This document shows, piece after piece, positions 47,123-59,386 of a stretch of DNA of 64,000 nt. Numbering within the stretch: position 1 is the first letter of the stretch; each line of letters begins with the position of its first letter. Under the pieces are notes generated by a model. That model was not told the origin of the DNA and did not search any database. It worked only from the letters and a program-made list of their open reading frames with translations. The translations under genes and the position numbers were made by a program. The stretch covers positions 1,232,635 to 1,296,634 of the forward strand of contig CAWGVV010000001.1 in the NCBI GenBank assembly GCA_963826125.1, in the 5' to 3' direction. The stretch is from an uncultured delta proteobacterium (GTDB taxonomy: Bacteria > Desulfobacterota > Desulfarculia > JACQYL01 > CAWGVV01).

Positions 47123-48042
47123 AAACGGATAGCATTCTCGAAAAAGTGTTGGAGTCGGGTCAACTCGCGGTGACATCTGAGTGCGGGCCTCCACGGGGAT
47201 GCGACCCGGAGAAGGTGAAGAAAAAGGCCGAGATGCTCCGTGGAGTCGTGGACGCCGTCAACGTCACGGACAACCAGACCGCGGTGGTGCGTATGTCGAG
47301 CGTGTCGGCATGCATCATCCTGCAGCAGATGGGGTTGCACCCGGTGCTGCAGATGGTGACCCGTGACCGGAACAGAATCGCCATGCAGAGCGACATCCTG
47401 GGCGCCTACTCCTTCGGAGTGAATACCATGCTCTGCCTGTCCGGCGACCACCCCACCTTCGGCGACCATCCCAGCGCGGCCAACGTGCACGACCTGGATT
47501 CCATCCAGTTTGTGCAGATGGTGCGCAAGATGAGGGACGAGGGGAAGTTCCAGGGCGGCGACGACATTCTGAATCCCCCGAAGATGTTTATCGGGGCGGC
47601 GGCCAACCCCTTTGCGGACCCGTTCGAACTGCGGGTGGCCCGGCTGGCCAAGAAGATAAAGGCCGGCGCGGACTTCATCCAGACTCAGTGCATTTATAAC
47701 GTTGAAAAGTTCGAAAAATGGATGCAAGGTGTGGAAGATAGGGGTCTTCACGAAAAAGTGCATATTTTCGCCGGTATTACTCCCATGAAATCGGTGGGCA
47801 TGGGGCGGTATATGAAAAACAAGGTACCCGGCATGGACGTCCCCGATGAATTGATCAAACGCATGGCGGGCGTGCCCAAGGAAAAGCAGGCGGCCGAAGG
47901 CATCACCATCGCCGTGGAAACCATCCAGCGCATCAAGGAAATCAAGGGCGTGCACGGGTTCCACATCATGGCGATCGAATGGGAAGAGAAAGTGCCTGAA
48001 ATATTGGAACGTGCGGGCCTGTTGCCCCGGCCGGTTTTCTAG
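47119..48042 (+). CDS. metF: Methylenetetrahydrofolate reductase (MetF paralogue 2)
   Basis: GTG start overlapping the metV stop (GTGA). MTHFR family. 307 aa. Confidence 0.85.
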   Translation: MKTDSILEKVLESGQLAVTSECGPPRGCDPEKVKKKAEMLRGVVDAVNVTDNQTAVVRMSSVSACIILQQMGLHPVLQMVTRDRNRIAMQSDILGAYSFGVNTMLCLSGDHPTFGDHPSAANVHDLDSIQFVQMVRKMRDEGKFQGGDDILNPPKMFIGAAANPFADPFELRVARLAKKIKAGADFIQTQCIYNVEKFEKWMQGVEDRGLHEKVHIFAGITPMKSVGMGRYMKNKVPGMDVPDELIKRMAGVPKEKQAAEGITIAVETIQRIKEIKGVHGFHIMAIEWEEKVPEILERAGLLPRPVF

Positions 48043-48249
48043 GCTTCGACATCTCTGCACGAGAGGATGGGACGCTTTCCGAAGAGTGGAGTGAAAGCTG
48101 TCCCGCCCCTTTTGTTCCGGCATACGTTATCACGTATTGACGGGCGAAGGCACGATCGGATACGGTTGATAGGTCGAACCGAGCGAATGTTTCCCGGAAT
48201 TAAGTCTGATTGTTTCCCAACGGGTTCATGAGGGAAAGGAGACCAACCA

Positions 48250-48636
48250 ATGGCCGATAAGAAGCTTGTTCTGGTGGTGGACGACGATCCGGATGTTGTG
48301 GAAGCGGTGAGCATGAAGCTGGAAAGCCGGAACTTCAGGGTTGCCAAGGCGTACGACGGGGTCGAAGCCTGGGACCGAATCCGCCAGGAGAAACCCGACC
48401 TGATCGTCCTCGACGTCATGATGCCGCGCAAGAACGGTTATCAGGTGTGTGATGAAGTGAAGAAGGACTCCGCTTACCAGGACGTGCAGGTGATTCTTCT
48501 CACTGCGGTGGGGTCCGCCGTTGGAACCACGAGCTACACCCACGAAGGCGGCATGACCACCGAAGCCGACGAATACATCGCCAAACCGGTTGATCTCGAC
48601 AAACTCGTCAATGCGGTGTCGGACCTTCTGGGGTAA
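48250..48636 (+). CDS. Single-domain response regulator (CheY-like)
   Basis: LVLVVDDDPDVVEAV…DLIVLDVMMPRKNG…AKP. 128 aa. Confidence 0.8.
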   Translation: MADKKLVLVVDDDPDVVEAVSMKLESRNFRVAKAYDGVEAWDRIRQEKPDLIVLDVMMPRKNGYQVCDEVKKDSAYQDVQVILLTAVGSAVGTTSYTHEGGMTTEADEYIAKPVDLDKLVNAVSDLLG

Positions 48637-48740
48637 TAACGACAAACATTCCGCGAGAGGAAACGGGCCGCTTCCCGGTGGCCCGTTCCTCCCGTTGAAG
48701 TGAACCTGTTGCCCTAACGAAGCGCGTCCGGACTTCCAAC

Positions 48741-49265
48741 ATGGAGAAATTGTCCATCGGCGGCATCAAGGTAAGTAACGAAGTCGTCCAGATAAACCTC
48801 CTCCTCCCCGACACGGACCGATCGCCTCTTTCCACCATCTGTCGTGTATTGTCCCGGCATACCGTGAACGTGCCGTTTCTCACGTGGCGCCGCAGCCGCG
48901 AACGGGGATTCGCCGTTTCCCTCTGCGTCTCGACCGAAGACGGCCCCGCGGCCATCGCGGCCCTCTCCTCCCTTGATGTTTTCCGGGACTGCCTGTCCGT
49001 GATCGATTCGGCGGCTATCATAACGGTCTTCCCCCGCCGGGAGGGGTTCGAGCTGCTGGGCATCGTTCTGAAAGCGTGGGCGGATGCCGGAATACCGCTT
49101 CACGGCCTCGCCACGTCGCTGTCGGCCGTGAGCTGCACCACCGATTTTGCCTGTGTGGAAAAAGCCGTGGCGGCGCTGGCCGACGCTCTCGACCTGCCGT
49201 GCGACCACGCCCCTTTCTCCTCCCCCCTGAAGGTAACGCAGAGCCCCCTTGTGAAAGGCACGTGA
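48741..49265 (+). CDS. ACT-domain-like small protein (174 aa)
   Basis: LSIGGIKVSNEVVQINLL… resembles the aspartokinase regulatory ACT fold. The antisense ORFs are R/G-rich junk. Confidence 0.45.
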   Translation: MEKLSIGGIKVSNEVVQINLLLPDTDRSPLSTICRVLSRHTVNVPFLTWRRSRERGFAVSLCVSTEDGPAAIAALSSLDVFRDCLSVIDSAAIITVFPRREGFELLGIVLKAWADAGIPLHGLATSLSAVSCTTDFACVEKAVAALADALDLPCDHAPFSSPLKVTQSPLVKGT

Positions 49266-49284
49266 CGAGGTGGAGGGAACGGGT

Positions 49285-49806
49285 ATGTCCATGGAGGTCA
49301 TCGCCGTCTACCGTGAATCGGTCATCAAGACGTACGGGTTTCATATCGTTCCCGACCTCGGCCTGGTCATTCTCTCCTTTCCGCGCAACCGGCTGACCGA
49401 TCGGGGAGAACTCCTCCAAGGCATGGGCTGCAAGGAGGGACTGCATTTCGCCACCCTGCAGATCGAGGAAAACGATACCTTCGTGCTTTCCGTGTGCGCC
49501 CACCTGGAAACGGTGGAACGCCTTGCGGCTCTTGCCGCACGGGACGGCGGGGAACAGTCGATCGACGTGCAGCCGCGGGTGGACCTGCTTTTCTTTCACG
49601 GACCTCATTTTGGAGATCGATACGGCATCGCCGATGCCGCATTCGGCATTCTGGACCGGGAGAATGTCCCGTTGCTGGCGGCGGGATGTTCCGTTTCTTC
49701 CCTCTACATGGTTTTCCCGCACGGACAGGCGCAACGTGCGGCCTCGCTTCTGATGGAGCCATTCTGTGCGCCCGGATCGGATCAAACGGGAACGACCGGC
49801 GGATAG
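49285..49806 (+). CDS. ACT-domain-like small protein (about 173 aa)
   Basis: …LLFFHGPHFGDRYGIADAAFGILDRENVPLLAAGCSVSSLYMVFP… is ACT-like. The start (MSMEV or MEVIAV) is ambiguous. Confidence 0.45.
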   Translation: MSMEVIAVYRESVIKTYGFHIVPDLGLVILSFPRNRLTDRGELLQGMGCKEGLHFATLQIEENDTFVLSVCAHLETVERLAALAARDGGEQSIDVQPRVDLLFFHGPHFGDRYGIADAAFGILDRENVPLLAAGCSVSSLYMVFPHGQAQRAASLLMEPFCAPGSDQTGTTGG

Positions 49807-49819
49807 ACGGAGGAAGAAT

Positions 49820-51337
49820 ATGGCCACAGCGGAAACTGACGCCACGAGCAGCAACACCGATTGGAAAGACAAGGTATTCGACTCGCTTTCCTTCCCCACC
49901 CTTATCCTGCGACCGGACATGAGCATTGTGGCGGCCAACGAGGTGTTCCTGAAAAAATACGACGTCCGCCGGGAAGAGGTGATCGGTAAGAAGTGCCACG
50001 AAATTTTTTACCGGACCTCCCGATCCTGCTCGCCCACCGTCTGCCCCCTGTCCCGTGTGCGATCGACGCGCAAGGGCCACTCCATTCTGAAAAGGCTCGT
50101 GGGGCCGGACAATCAGGAACGGTGGGAGGACAGAGTTTTTTCGCCCATCCTCGACGATGATGGCAATCTGGCGTATATTCTTGAGAGCGTACGGGACATT
50201 ACCCGGCTCAAAACCATGGAAAAGGAGATCGAGGTCACCCGCGGGTTCCTGGAGAAAGTCATTCAGAGTTCCGCCAGTGCCATCATCGCCGCCGACGTCA
50301 AAGGGAAGGTCCTCCTCATGAACCCCGCCGCAGAGGAGCTATTCGGATATTCGGCGGACGAAGCCGTGGGGCGAAACATTGTCGAGTATTTCTACTCGCC
50401 CGGAACGGCCAGAGACATCATGCGAAAAATGAGAAGCGAAGACGGCGGCAAGGGAAAACTTCCCATTACCAAGATGGTGATCATCAACGGGCGCGGAGAA
50501 CACATCCCCGTGGAAATGACCGGTTCCATCATTTACGACGGAGACCGGGAAGTGGCCACCATGGGCATCTACAACGATCTCCGCGAAAAAAATGCGGTGG
50601 AACTCAAGCTGGAAGAAGCCCGCGCCCGCCTCGTGCAATCGGAGAAAATGGCTTCCCTCGGACAGCTCGCCGCCGGGGTGGCCCACGAAATCAACAACCC
50701 CCTGGCGGGCATCGTGCTGTACGCCAACCTCGCCATGGAACAGATGGGCAAGGAGAAGCCACTCTACGAGTACCTGCAATACGTAATCGAGGATGCCAAC
50801 CGCTGCCGTGACATCGTGAAAAACCTCCTGGCATACAGCCGCCAGACCAATCCCGACAAAACCATCATTCACCTCAACGCGCTGCTGGAACAATCCCTGG
50901 CGCTCATTCGCGACCAAGCGCTGCTGCAGAACATCAGGGTCGAAAAATTTCTGGCGGAAGGCATGATGCTGGTAAAGGTGGACACCAACCAGATGGGCCA
51001 AGTGATCATCAATCTGGTGATGAACGCCGTGGACGCAATGAACGGCAGGGGCGTCCTCACCTTCCGGACGTACAGGAACAAGCTCGACCTGCAGGTGTAT
51101 CTCGAAGTAGAAGATACCGGCGGCGGGATACCCCAGGAAAACCTGGTCAAAATTTTCGATCCGTTCTTCACCACCAAGGAGCCCGGCAAAGGCACGGGCC
51201 TGGGCCTCAGCACCTCCTACGGTATCGTGGAGGAAAACGGCGGCCGCATCACGGTGAAGAGCACCGGGCCCGAAGGAACCACTTTTCTCATTACCCTCCC
51301 GCTCTACCAGGTATCCAGCGAACTACCGATCGGGTAG
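49820..51337 (+). CDS. PAS-domain sensor histidine kinase (HisKA + HATPase_c)
   Basis: H-box [17 protein letters not shown]1, G2 boxes (…NAVDAM…DTGGGI…GTGLGLS). GGAGGAAG RBS. 505 aa. Confidence 0.85.
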   Translation: MATAETDATSSNTDWKDKVFDSLSFPTLILRPDMSIVAANEVFLKKYDVRREEVIGKKCHEIFYRTSRSCSPTVCPLSRVRSTRKGHSILKRLVGPDNQERWEDRVFSPILDDDGNLAYILESVRDITRLKTMEKEIEVTRGFLEKVIQSSASAIIAADVKGKVLLMNPAAEELFGYSADEAVGRNIVEYFYSPGTARDIMRKMRSEDGGKGKLPITKMVIINGRGEHIPVEMTGSIIYDGDREVATMGIYNDLREKNAVELKLEEARARLVQSEKMASLGQLAAGVAHEINNPLAGIVLYANLAMEQMGKEKPLYEYLQYVIEDANRCRDIVKNLLAYSRQTNPDKTIIHLNALLEQSLALIRDQALLQNIRVEKFLAEGMMLVKVDTNQMGQVIINLVMNAVDAMNGRGVLTFRTYRNKLDLQVYLEVEDTGGGIPQENLVKIFDPFFTTKEPGKGTGLGLSTSYGIVEENGGRITVKSTGPEGTTFLITLPLYQVSSELPIG

Positions 51338-51364
51338 GGGGTATTACGGCTTAAGGATTCGACA

Positions 51365-52837
51365 ATGGTTGAAAGAACGTCTGGTTCTACCCTGTTCACG
51401 CCCAGAATTCTCGTTGTGGATGACGAAAAACGCATCCGGGACGGCTGTACCGCCGTACTGGCCGCCGAGGGATACGAAGTAAACGTGGCGGAAAACGGTT
51501 CCCAGGGGCTGGAGATGCTCCTGCGCGAACATTACGACGTGGTGCTCCTGGACCTCATGATGCCCGGCATATCCGGCATGGAGGTGCTGGCCCGGGTCAA
51601 GACGTCGCATCCCGACACCGCCGTCATCGTCATCACCGGTTATGCCACCGTGGAGCATTCCATCGAAGCCATGAAGAAGGGAGCGCTCGACTTCATACCC
51701 AAACCCTTCACCCCGGACCAGCTCAGGGTGGTGGTGGCCAAGGCCATCGAGTACACCCGCACCCTCCAGGACATCGCCACGGAAAAATCCCGATTGCGGG
51801 TGCTGGTGAACCATCTCGCCGACGGAGTCTTGGCGACGGACGCCGAAAAGAACGTCATTCTGGCCAACCCGGCGTTCGTGAAAATGGTGGGCCAGGAGAA
51901 GGAACGCATCATCGGGCATCCGGTGGGAGAGCTGACGGACAACGGAACCGTAATAGCCATGCTGGACGAAGTGCTCCGAATGGACCAAAACGAATTCGTG
52001 ATGCTGAACAGGGAAATCGCTTCCGATGTCGGTGGACCGGAGGAACGGTACCTGAGCGCCCAGTGCCTTCCTTTCCGGGACCGGCAGCAACGGACGCTGG
52101 GCACGGTGACCCTCCTGCACGACATCACGACGCTCAAGCACATGGACCGGCTCAAAAGCGATTTCGTTTCCATGGTGTCGCACGAAATCCGCAGCCCCCT
52201 CAACTCGGTCCTTATGCAATTCAAGGTCGTCCTGGACGGGCTGGCAGGAGAACTGACGGAGAAGCAGAAGGAAATCCTGTCGAGGGTGTCGGATCGCCTT
52301 CAGGGGTTGGTAAACCTGTCCACCGAACTGCTGGACCTGGCCAGGATCGAATCCGGACTCATCACTTCGGAAAAGGAACTCGTCGACCTCGCGGCCATCG
52401 TCCGCGATCAGGCGGACCTGCACCGCGCCGCCGCCGAACAGAAGAACATCACCATCCATGTGCAGGATTTCGGCCCCCTCCCCCCCGTGTTGGCGAATCG
52501 ACAGAACATGGAGGAGGTCTTTTCCAACCTCATCAGCAACGCGGTGAAGTACTCTCCCGAAGGAGCGGGCGTGACCCTGTCGGCCGAACGCAACGAGGAT
52601 TATCTGTGCATCCGCGTCCGGGACACGGGGTTCGGCATCCCCCGGGAAGAACTCCCGCGCGTCTTCGAACGATTCTACCGGGTAAAGAACGAAAAAACGC
52701 GGCACATCGTGGGAACGGGGCTGGGGCTTTCCATCGTCAAGTCCATCCTGGACGCACACAACGGCAGGATAAAGGCGGAAAGCGAAGAAGGCGGCGGGAC
52801 GATTTTTTCGGTGTATCTCCCCGTTGCCGCCCATTGA
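51365..52837 (+). CDS. Hybrid receiver-PAS-histidine kinase
   Basis: RILVVDDEKRIRDG…VVLLDLMMPGISG receiver. H-box VSHEIRSPLNSV. HATPase (…NAVKYSPEG…DTGFGIP…GTGLGLSIV). Confidence 0.85.
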   Translation: MVERTSGSTLFTPRILVVDDEKRIRDGCTAVLAAEGYEVNVAENGSQGLEMLLREHYDVVLLDLMMPGISGMEVLARVKTSHPDTAVIVITGYATVEHSIEAMKKGALDFIPKPFTPDQLRVVVAKAIEYTRTLQDIATEKSRLRVLVNHLADGVLATDAEKNVILANPAFVKMVGQEKERIIGHPVGELTDNGTVIAMLDEVLRMDQNEFVMLNREIASDVGGPEERYLSAQCLPFRDRQQRTLGTVTLLHDITTLKHMDRLKSDFVSMVSHEIRSPLNSVLMQFKVVLDGLAGELTEKQKEILSRVSDRLQGLVNLSTELLDLARIESGLITSEKELVDLAAIVRDQADLHRAAAEQKNITIHVQDFGPLPPVLANRQNMEEVFSNLISNAVKYSPEGAGVTLSAERNEDYLCIRVRDTGFGIPREELPRVFERFYRVKNEKTRHIVGTGLGLSIVKSILDAHNGRIKAESEEGGGTIFSVYLPVAAH

Positions 52838-54970
<2,133 letters not shown>

Positions 54971-55109
54971 CTACCCGAAAGGATTGGCACGAGGAAACGT
55001 CGACACCAGCTCTTCTGCATACAATTCGGAATGTATGAACTTCTGCACTTGGAGAGAATGCCCCCGGCAAATCCCAGGGCATGCCAACTGATTTGCCAGG
55101 GAGAAACCT

Positions 55110-55526
55110 CTACACCGTCAATGCTTTCCCGGCCACGTCTTCGTTGGGCGTTCCCATGGAGGAATGGACCTGCACGATTTTCCACCCCTCCGGTTCTTTT
55201 CGGAACACCACGGTAATCCGGAAGGTGACTTCCGTTCCGTCGGGCAGGGTGCACAGGGGTCGATCGGACACCCAACCGACGTCGCCTTGGCTCCAGGCGG
55301 AGAGCGTGGTCGGCTTGAGGGTCGACGCACCGCCCAATTCCTCGAACTGCGCCTTCCACACACTCAAAACCTTGTCGCGGTCCTCCCACCATTCCTGAGG
55401 ATCGCTGCCGATCCACAGGATTCCCGGTTGGCGAGAAAGGATGTGGTCCACGACGCTCAGGTCGCCCTTTGAGACGGCTTCATAATAATGCAGCATGACC
55501 TGTCTCAGTTCCGGTGATTGCTCCAT
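55110..55526 (-). CDS. SnoaL/NTF2-like domain protein
   Basis: 138 aa, DUF4440/SnoaL-like pattern (…YYEAVSKGDL…WIGSDPQEWW…). Confidence 0.55.
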   Translation of the reverse strand: MEQSPELRQVMLHYYEAVSKGDLSVVDHILSRQPGILWIGSDPQEWWEDRDKVLSVWKAQFEELGGASTLKPTTLSAWSQGDVGWVSDRPLCTLPDGTEVTFRITVVFRKEPEGWKIVQVHSSMGTPNEDVAGKALTV

Positions 55527-55535
55527 CTCTTCTCC

Positions 55536-57086
55536 TTACCCCCATGATTCCTGTTTTCGGTCCGTGATATCCACCAGCGTGGCGAGCAAACACGGTTCGT
55601 TGCGTACGTTTATCCGTGAAAGGGAAAAAAGCACGCGTCGCACATCACCCTTCCCATTTCGGAAGCTGAGTTCCTGGTTGTGCAGAGTCCCCTGTTTTCT
55701 CACCTCCGCAAGAAAGCGCTCCCTTTGTTCCGGTGAGAGAATCCCCAACTCCACTGTCGTTCTGCCCAGGAGTTCCTCCCGGTCGTATCCGACGATGGCG
55801 CTGTAACCGGCGTTGGCTCTCAGAATCACACCGTCCGCTTCACGGCTGATCGTCATGCCGACACAAACGGCGTCGAAAGCCTTTTTCCATATCTCCCTCG
55901 CCTCGCGTAACTCGTTTTCGATTTTCTTTTGCTTGGTCACGTCGTTTGTTACCGCCAGAGTTTGAATAACGTTCTCCGCCTCGTCTTTCTCCAACGTGGC
56001 GGAAAGCAGAACGTCGACAACCTCCCCCTCCTTCGTCACCATCTGGTAGGGGATGTCCCGTGAACACCCGCGGAGGAACAATTCCGGCAGGACCTCTCGG
56101 AGGGCGACTTCCCGTGAGGCTGGGGTAAGAAAGTCGACCGATTTCCTTCCGATCACTTCTTTTCTTTTGTACCCGAGCCTTTCTAGCCAGAAGTTGCTCA
56201 CGTTCAACAGCCGACCCTCGGCATCGATGGAATGGAGCATGGCGGGCGTTCGGTTGTACAGGGTCCGGTACCGTTCCTCGCTTTTTCTGAGGGCTCTTTC
56301 CGCATGCACTCTTTTGGTTACATCGGTTCCGATGGAGAGCAATCCGGTCACTTCTCCCGCCTCAGTGCACAGAGGCTTGTTTCTCCAATTGACCCAGACC
56401 CTCTCTCCGTTCTTCCGCATGTTTTCGTTTTCGAACTCCTCGAAGTACTGAGGGTTCCTTACCACTTCCTGCACGATCCGGGAGATGTCCCGCCCGCTGG
56501 ATTCCCGTAGAGGTACAACGCTGCCGATAACGCTCCTCCCCAGTATTTCCTTTTCGCTGAACCCGAAGAACTTCTGGGCGAATTCATTGAAGAACACGAT
56601 CGTACCGTCTCTTGCCACTTTCATGATGATCGTGTTCGCGTTTTCCACCAATTCCCGATACCTGCGTTCGCTTTCCCGCAGTGCTTCTTCCGTCTTCTTC
56701 CTCTCCGCCTGAATCTTGGCGGTGTAGAGCGCCATCTCCATCGTTACCTGAAGGTTCCGCTCGTTGTAGGGTTTTATCAGATACCCGAACGGAAGAACGA
56801 ACTTCACCTTGTTCAAACGTTCCCTGTCGGCGTATGCCGTGGTGAAGATAATGGGAATGTCGTAGTCCGACCGCATTTTCTCCGCGCACTCGATGCCGTC
56901 CATGGAGCCCTTCAGAACAATATCCATCAGAACGATATCGGGGGATTCCTCCTTTACCAGAGAAAGGGCTGCCTCGCCCGAAGCGACCAGGGAAGGGACT
57001 TCATAGCCGAAGGACTCGAGCTGCATCTTCAGGTCCATTCCGATAATGACTTCGTCCTCCACGATCATGACCCGGGCCTTCGGCAT
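55536..57086 (-). CDS. Response regulator with receiver + three PAS/PAC domains and no enzymatic output domain
   Basis: Receiver VMIVEDEVIIGMDL…DIVLMDIVL…KP, then three PAS repeats each following a coiled-coil linker (…ERRYRELVENA…, …EERYRTLYNRT…, …IWKKAFDAV…). Confidence 0.8.
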   Translation of the reverse strand: MPKARVMIVEDEVIIGMDLKMQLESFGYEVPSLVASGEAALSLVKEESPDIVLMDIVLKGSMDGIECAEKMRSDYDIPIIFTTAYADRERLNKVKFVLPFGYLIKPYNERNLQVTMEMALYTAKIQAERKKTEEALRESERRYRELVENANTIIMKVARDGTIVFFNEFAQKFFGFSEKEILGRSVIGSVVPLRESSGRDISRIVQEVVRNPQYFEEFENENMRKNGERVWVNWRNKPLCTEAGEVTGLLSIGTDVTKRVHAERALRKSEERYRTLYNRTPAMLHSIDAEGRLLNVSNFWLERLGYKRKEVIGRKSVDFLTPASREVALREVLPELFLRGCSRDIPYQMVTKEGEVVDVLLSATLEKDEAENVIQTLAVTNDVTKQKKIENELREAREIWKKAFDAVCVGMTISREADGVILRANAGYSAIVGYDREELLGRTTVELGILSPEQRERFLAEVRKQGTLHNQELSFRNGKGDVRRVLFSLSRINVRNEPCLLATLVDITDRKQESWG

Positions 57087-57345
57087 GGGGCATCCCTTCT
57101 TTTTTCCGCTATGGTGCGGTGGGAATGAAAAACGGCGAATTACCTTTTTATCCTATCTGCCCCGTCAAGTCCAAAGAAGCCGAAGTGTTGGCGGGACGGT
57201 CGGGGAATCATCGAGGCAAGATGGGACGCATGCCGACAATTGTGCATACCGCCTGTTCTCATCGGCGCCCGAAGAAGCTACAATATGACATCGGAAGGAA
57301 GCGCTCATTCCCTTACCCTGAAAATGAAAATCCCGGAGGATCGTA

Positions 57346-58974
57346 ATGACAAGAAAGGCCGTTTTATCGACGGTGCTCGTCCTGGCCGTTTTCTTCTTTG
57401 CTTCATCCGTCCCGGCACAGGACCGCGCACCGGAATCGGCGGCTCCCGCGCCGAAGAAAGCACAGCTCAAACAGCTGAAAGAACCCAAAGCCCAGGGGTC
57501 GAAAGAAACCGTGCCCCAGCCGCCGAAGGACGAGACGGTAAAAACCGAGCATGAACTCACGGTGGGAGGGGAGCACATCCGCTATACGGCCACGGCGGGA
57601 CGTATTACCGTGGAGGATGCAAACGGCAAAAAAGCCGCGATCTTCTTTACCGCGTACGAACTCCGGAACACCGATTCCACGCCCCGTCCGGTAACCTTTG
57701 CCCTGAACGGCGGTCCGGGAGCCGCATCGGTGTGGCTCCACCTGGGAGCCCTGGGCCCGAGAAGGGTGGTTCTGAACAGCGACGGGACTCCTCCCCCCTC
57801 CCCTGCCCGATTGATCGATAACGATTGCAGCTGGCTGCCGTTCACGGACCTCGTTTTCATCGATCCCGTGGGCACGGGGTATAGCCGGTCGGTGCCCGAG
57901 GATGAAAAGGAGCGAAAACAGTTCTACGCAGTCAGGGAAGACATTGCTTCCCTCGGCGAATTTATACGGCTCTACCTTACAGGAAACCGGAGATGGCTCT
58001 CCCCCAAGTTTTTAATCGGAGAAAGTTACGGCGGCACCCGCGCCGCAGGTCTGTCGTGGTATCTCTACCGCACCTTCGGCATTTCCCTGAACGGGATGAT
58101 TCTCGTGTCCCCGGCATTGGATTTTGCCACCATCCTGCCCGGCTCGTCCAACGATCTGCCCTATGTTCTCAGCTTCCCCTCCTATGCCGCATCCGCCTGG
58201 TTTCATCACCGGCTGAGTCCTCAGTGGCAGGGAAAGGAACTCAAGGAGGTACTTGCCGAAGCCGAAAGGTTCGCTCTGAACGATTATGTCACCGGCCTGG
58301 CGGCGGGAGACCGTCTCCCGGACGAAGCGAAGAAAACGCTGGATGAGCGAATCGCCGCTTACTGCGGCCTTACGGAAGACTTTGTCGATCGAGCCGACGA
58401 GCGGATATCCGTTTTTCAGTTCTCGAAAATGCTTCTGTACGGTCAAAAGAAGATCACCGGCATCATGGACACCACGATCGCCGCGCCCGATCCCCGGCCG
58501 GACTCCGCCACGGCTTCCTACGATCCGTCCTTCGAGTGGCTGTATCCGGTTTTTTCCGAGGCGGTAAACGGTTACCTGCGGCAGGAGCTGAAATTCGAAA
58601 GCGACCTGCCCTATGAATTTCTCAACATGAAGGTGAGCCGTGAATGGGACTGGAGTTCGTCGCTCGATCAGGGCCAGGGATACGTCGATCTCTCGGAATC
58701 GCTCCGTAATGCCATGATGAGAAGCAGGGACATGAAGGTACTCATCGCGGGCGGCTATTATGATCTGTCCGTCCCCTATTTCACCGTTCCATACACCATC
58801 GCCCACCTGAACCTGGACGAGGGATTGAAGAACAACGTCACGCTCGTCCACTACCGTGCCGGCCACATGATCTACACCCACGCGGACGCGCGGGAACAGT
58901 TTACGAAGGATGCACAACGCTTCTACCGTTCTGCGGTGAGAAACGACCATGCGTCCGAAACGGCCGGGAAATAG
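57346..58974 (+). CDS. Secreted peptidase S10 (serine carboxypeptidase family)
   Basis: Signal peptide. Catalytic Ser motif GESYGG (LIGESYGGTRAAG). 542 aa. Confidence 0.8.
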   Translation: MTRKAVLSTVLVLAVFFFASSVPAQDRAPESAAPAPKKAQLKQLKEPKAQGSKETVPQPPKDETVKTEHELTVGGEHIRYTATAGRITVEDANGKKAAIFFTAYELRNTDSTPRPVTFALNGGPGAASVWLHLGALGPRRVVLNSDGTPPPSPARLIDNDCSWLPFTDLVFIDPVGTGYSRSVPEDEKERKQFYAVREDIASLGEFIRLYLTGNRRWLSPKFLIGESYGGTRAAGLSWYLYRTFGISLNGMILVSPALDFATILPGSSNDLPYVLSFPSYAASAWFHHRLSPQWQGKELKEVLAEAERFALNDYVTGLAAGDRLPDEAKKTLDERIAAYCGLTEDFVDRADERISVFQFSKMLLYGQKKITGIMDTTIAAPDPRPDSATASYDPSFEWLYPVFSEAVNGYLRQELKFESDLPYEFLNMKVSREWDWSSSLDQGQGYVDLSESLRNAMMRSRDMKVLIAGGYYDLSVPYFTVPYTIAHLNLDEGLKNNVTLVHYRAGHMIYTHADAREQFTKDAQRFYRSAVRNDHASETAGK

Positions 58975-59050
58975 GCTGGAAGGGACGCCCGGAACCGTTC
59001 CGGGCGTCCCCGTTGAAAGACACCGGTGTCGATCGTTCCCGCCGCCCGAA

Positions 59051-59386
59051 TCACCAGGAGCGTTCGACCTTGCAGTTCTTCATGATGGCCTTGCCATCCT
59101 TCTCAAGGAACGATCCCTCTTTTCCCGTGAGGTGGAACGTCAGTTCACCGTTACCGTACGACCGGTCGGCGGAAGACTTGATACGCTGCAAGGTCACGGT
59201 CTTGCTCCCATAGTTGACCACGGCGACTTCTCCTCCCTGCACGATCTCAACGTCGAACCCGTACCCGCCCTCACACAGGTAAAACACCCTGGATTCATCG
59301 GAAAGCCTGTTCGAAGCGCAGGAGGCAAGCGCGATCGCTCCGAGCAGCACCATTACCACCACCACCGACAATTTCCACTTTCTCAT
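59051..59386 (-). CDS. MliC-like lipoprotein (membrane-bound lysozyme inhibitor of C-type lysozyme family), 111 aa
   Basis: Lipobox LASC after MRKWKLSVVVVMVLLGAIA. YLCEGG…, SSADRSY, and a C-terminal …GKAIMKNCK pattern typical of MliC. Start trimmed from the track ORF. Confidence 0.55.
   Translation of the reverse strand: MRKWKLSVVVVMVLLGAIALASCASNRLSDESRVFYLCEGGYGFDVEIVQGGEVAVVNYGSKTVTLQRIKSSADRSYGNGELTFHLTGKEGSFLEKDGKAIMKNCKVERSW

Noticed and set aside
46825-48123. 432-aa minus-strand ORF
   Set aside because: Antisense to metV and metF.
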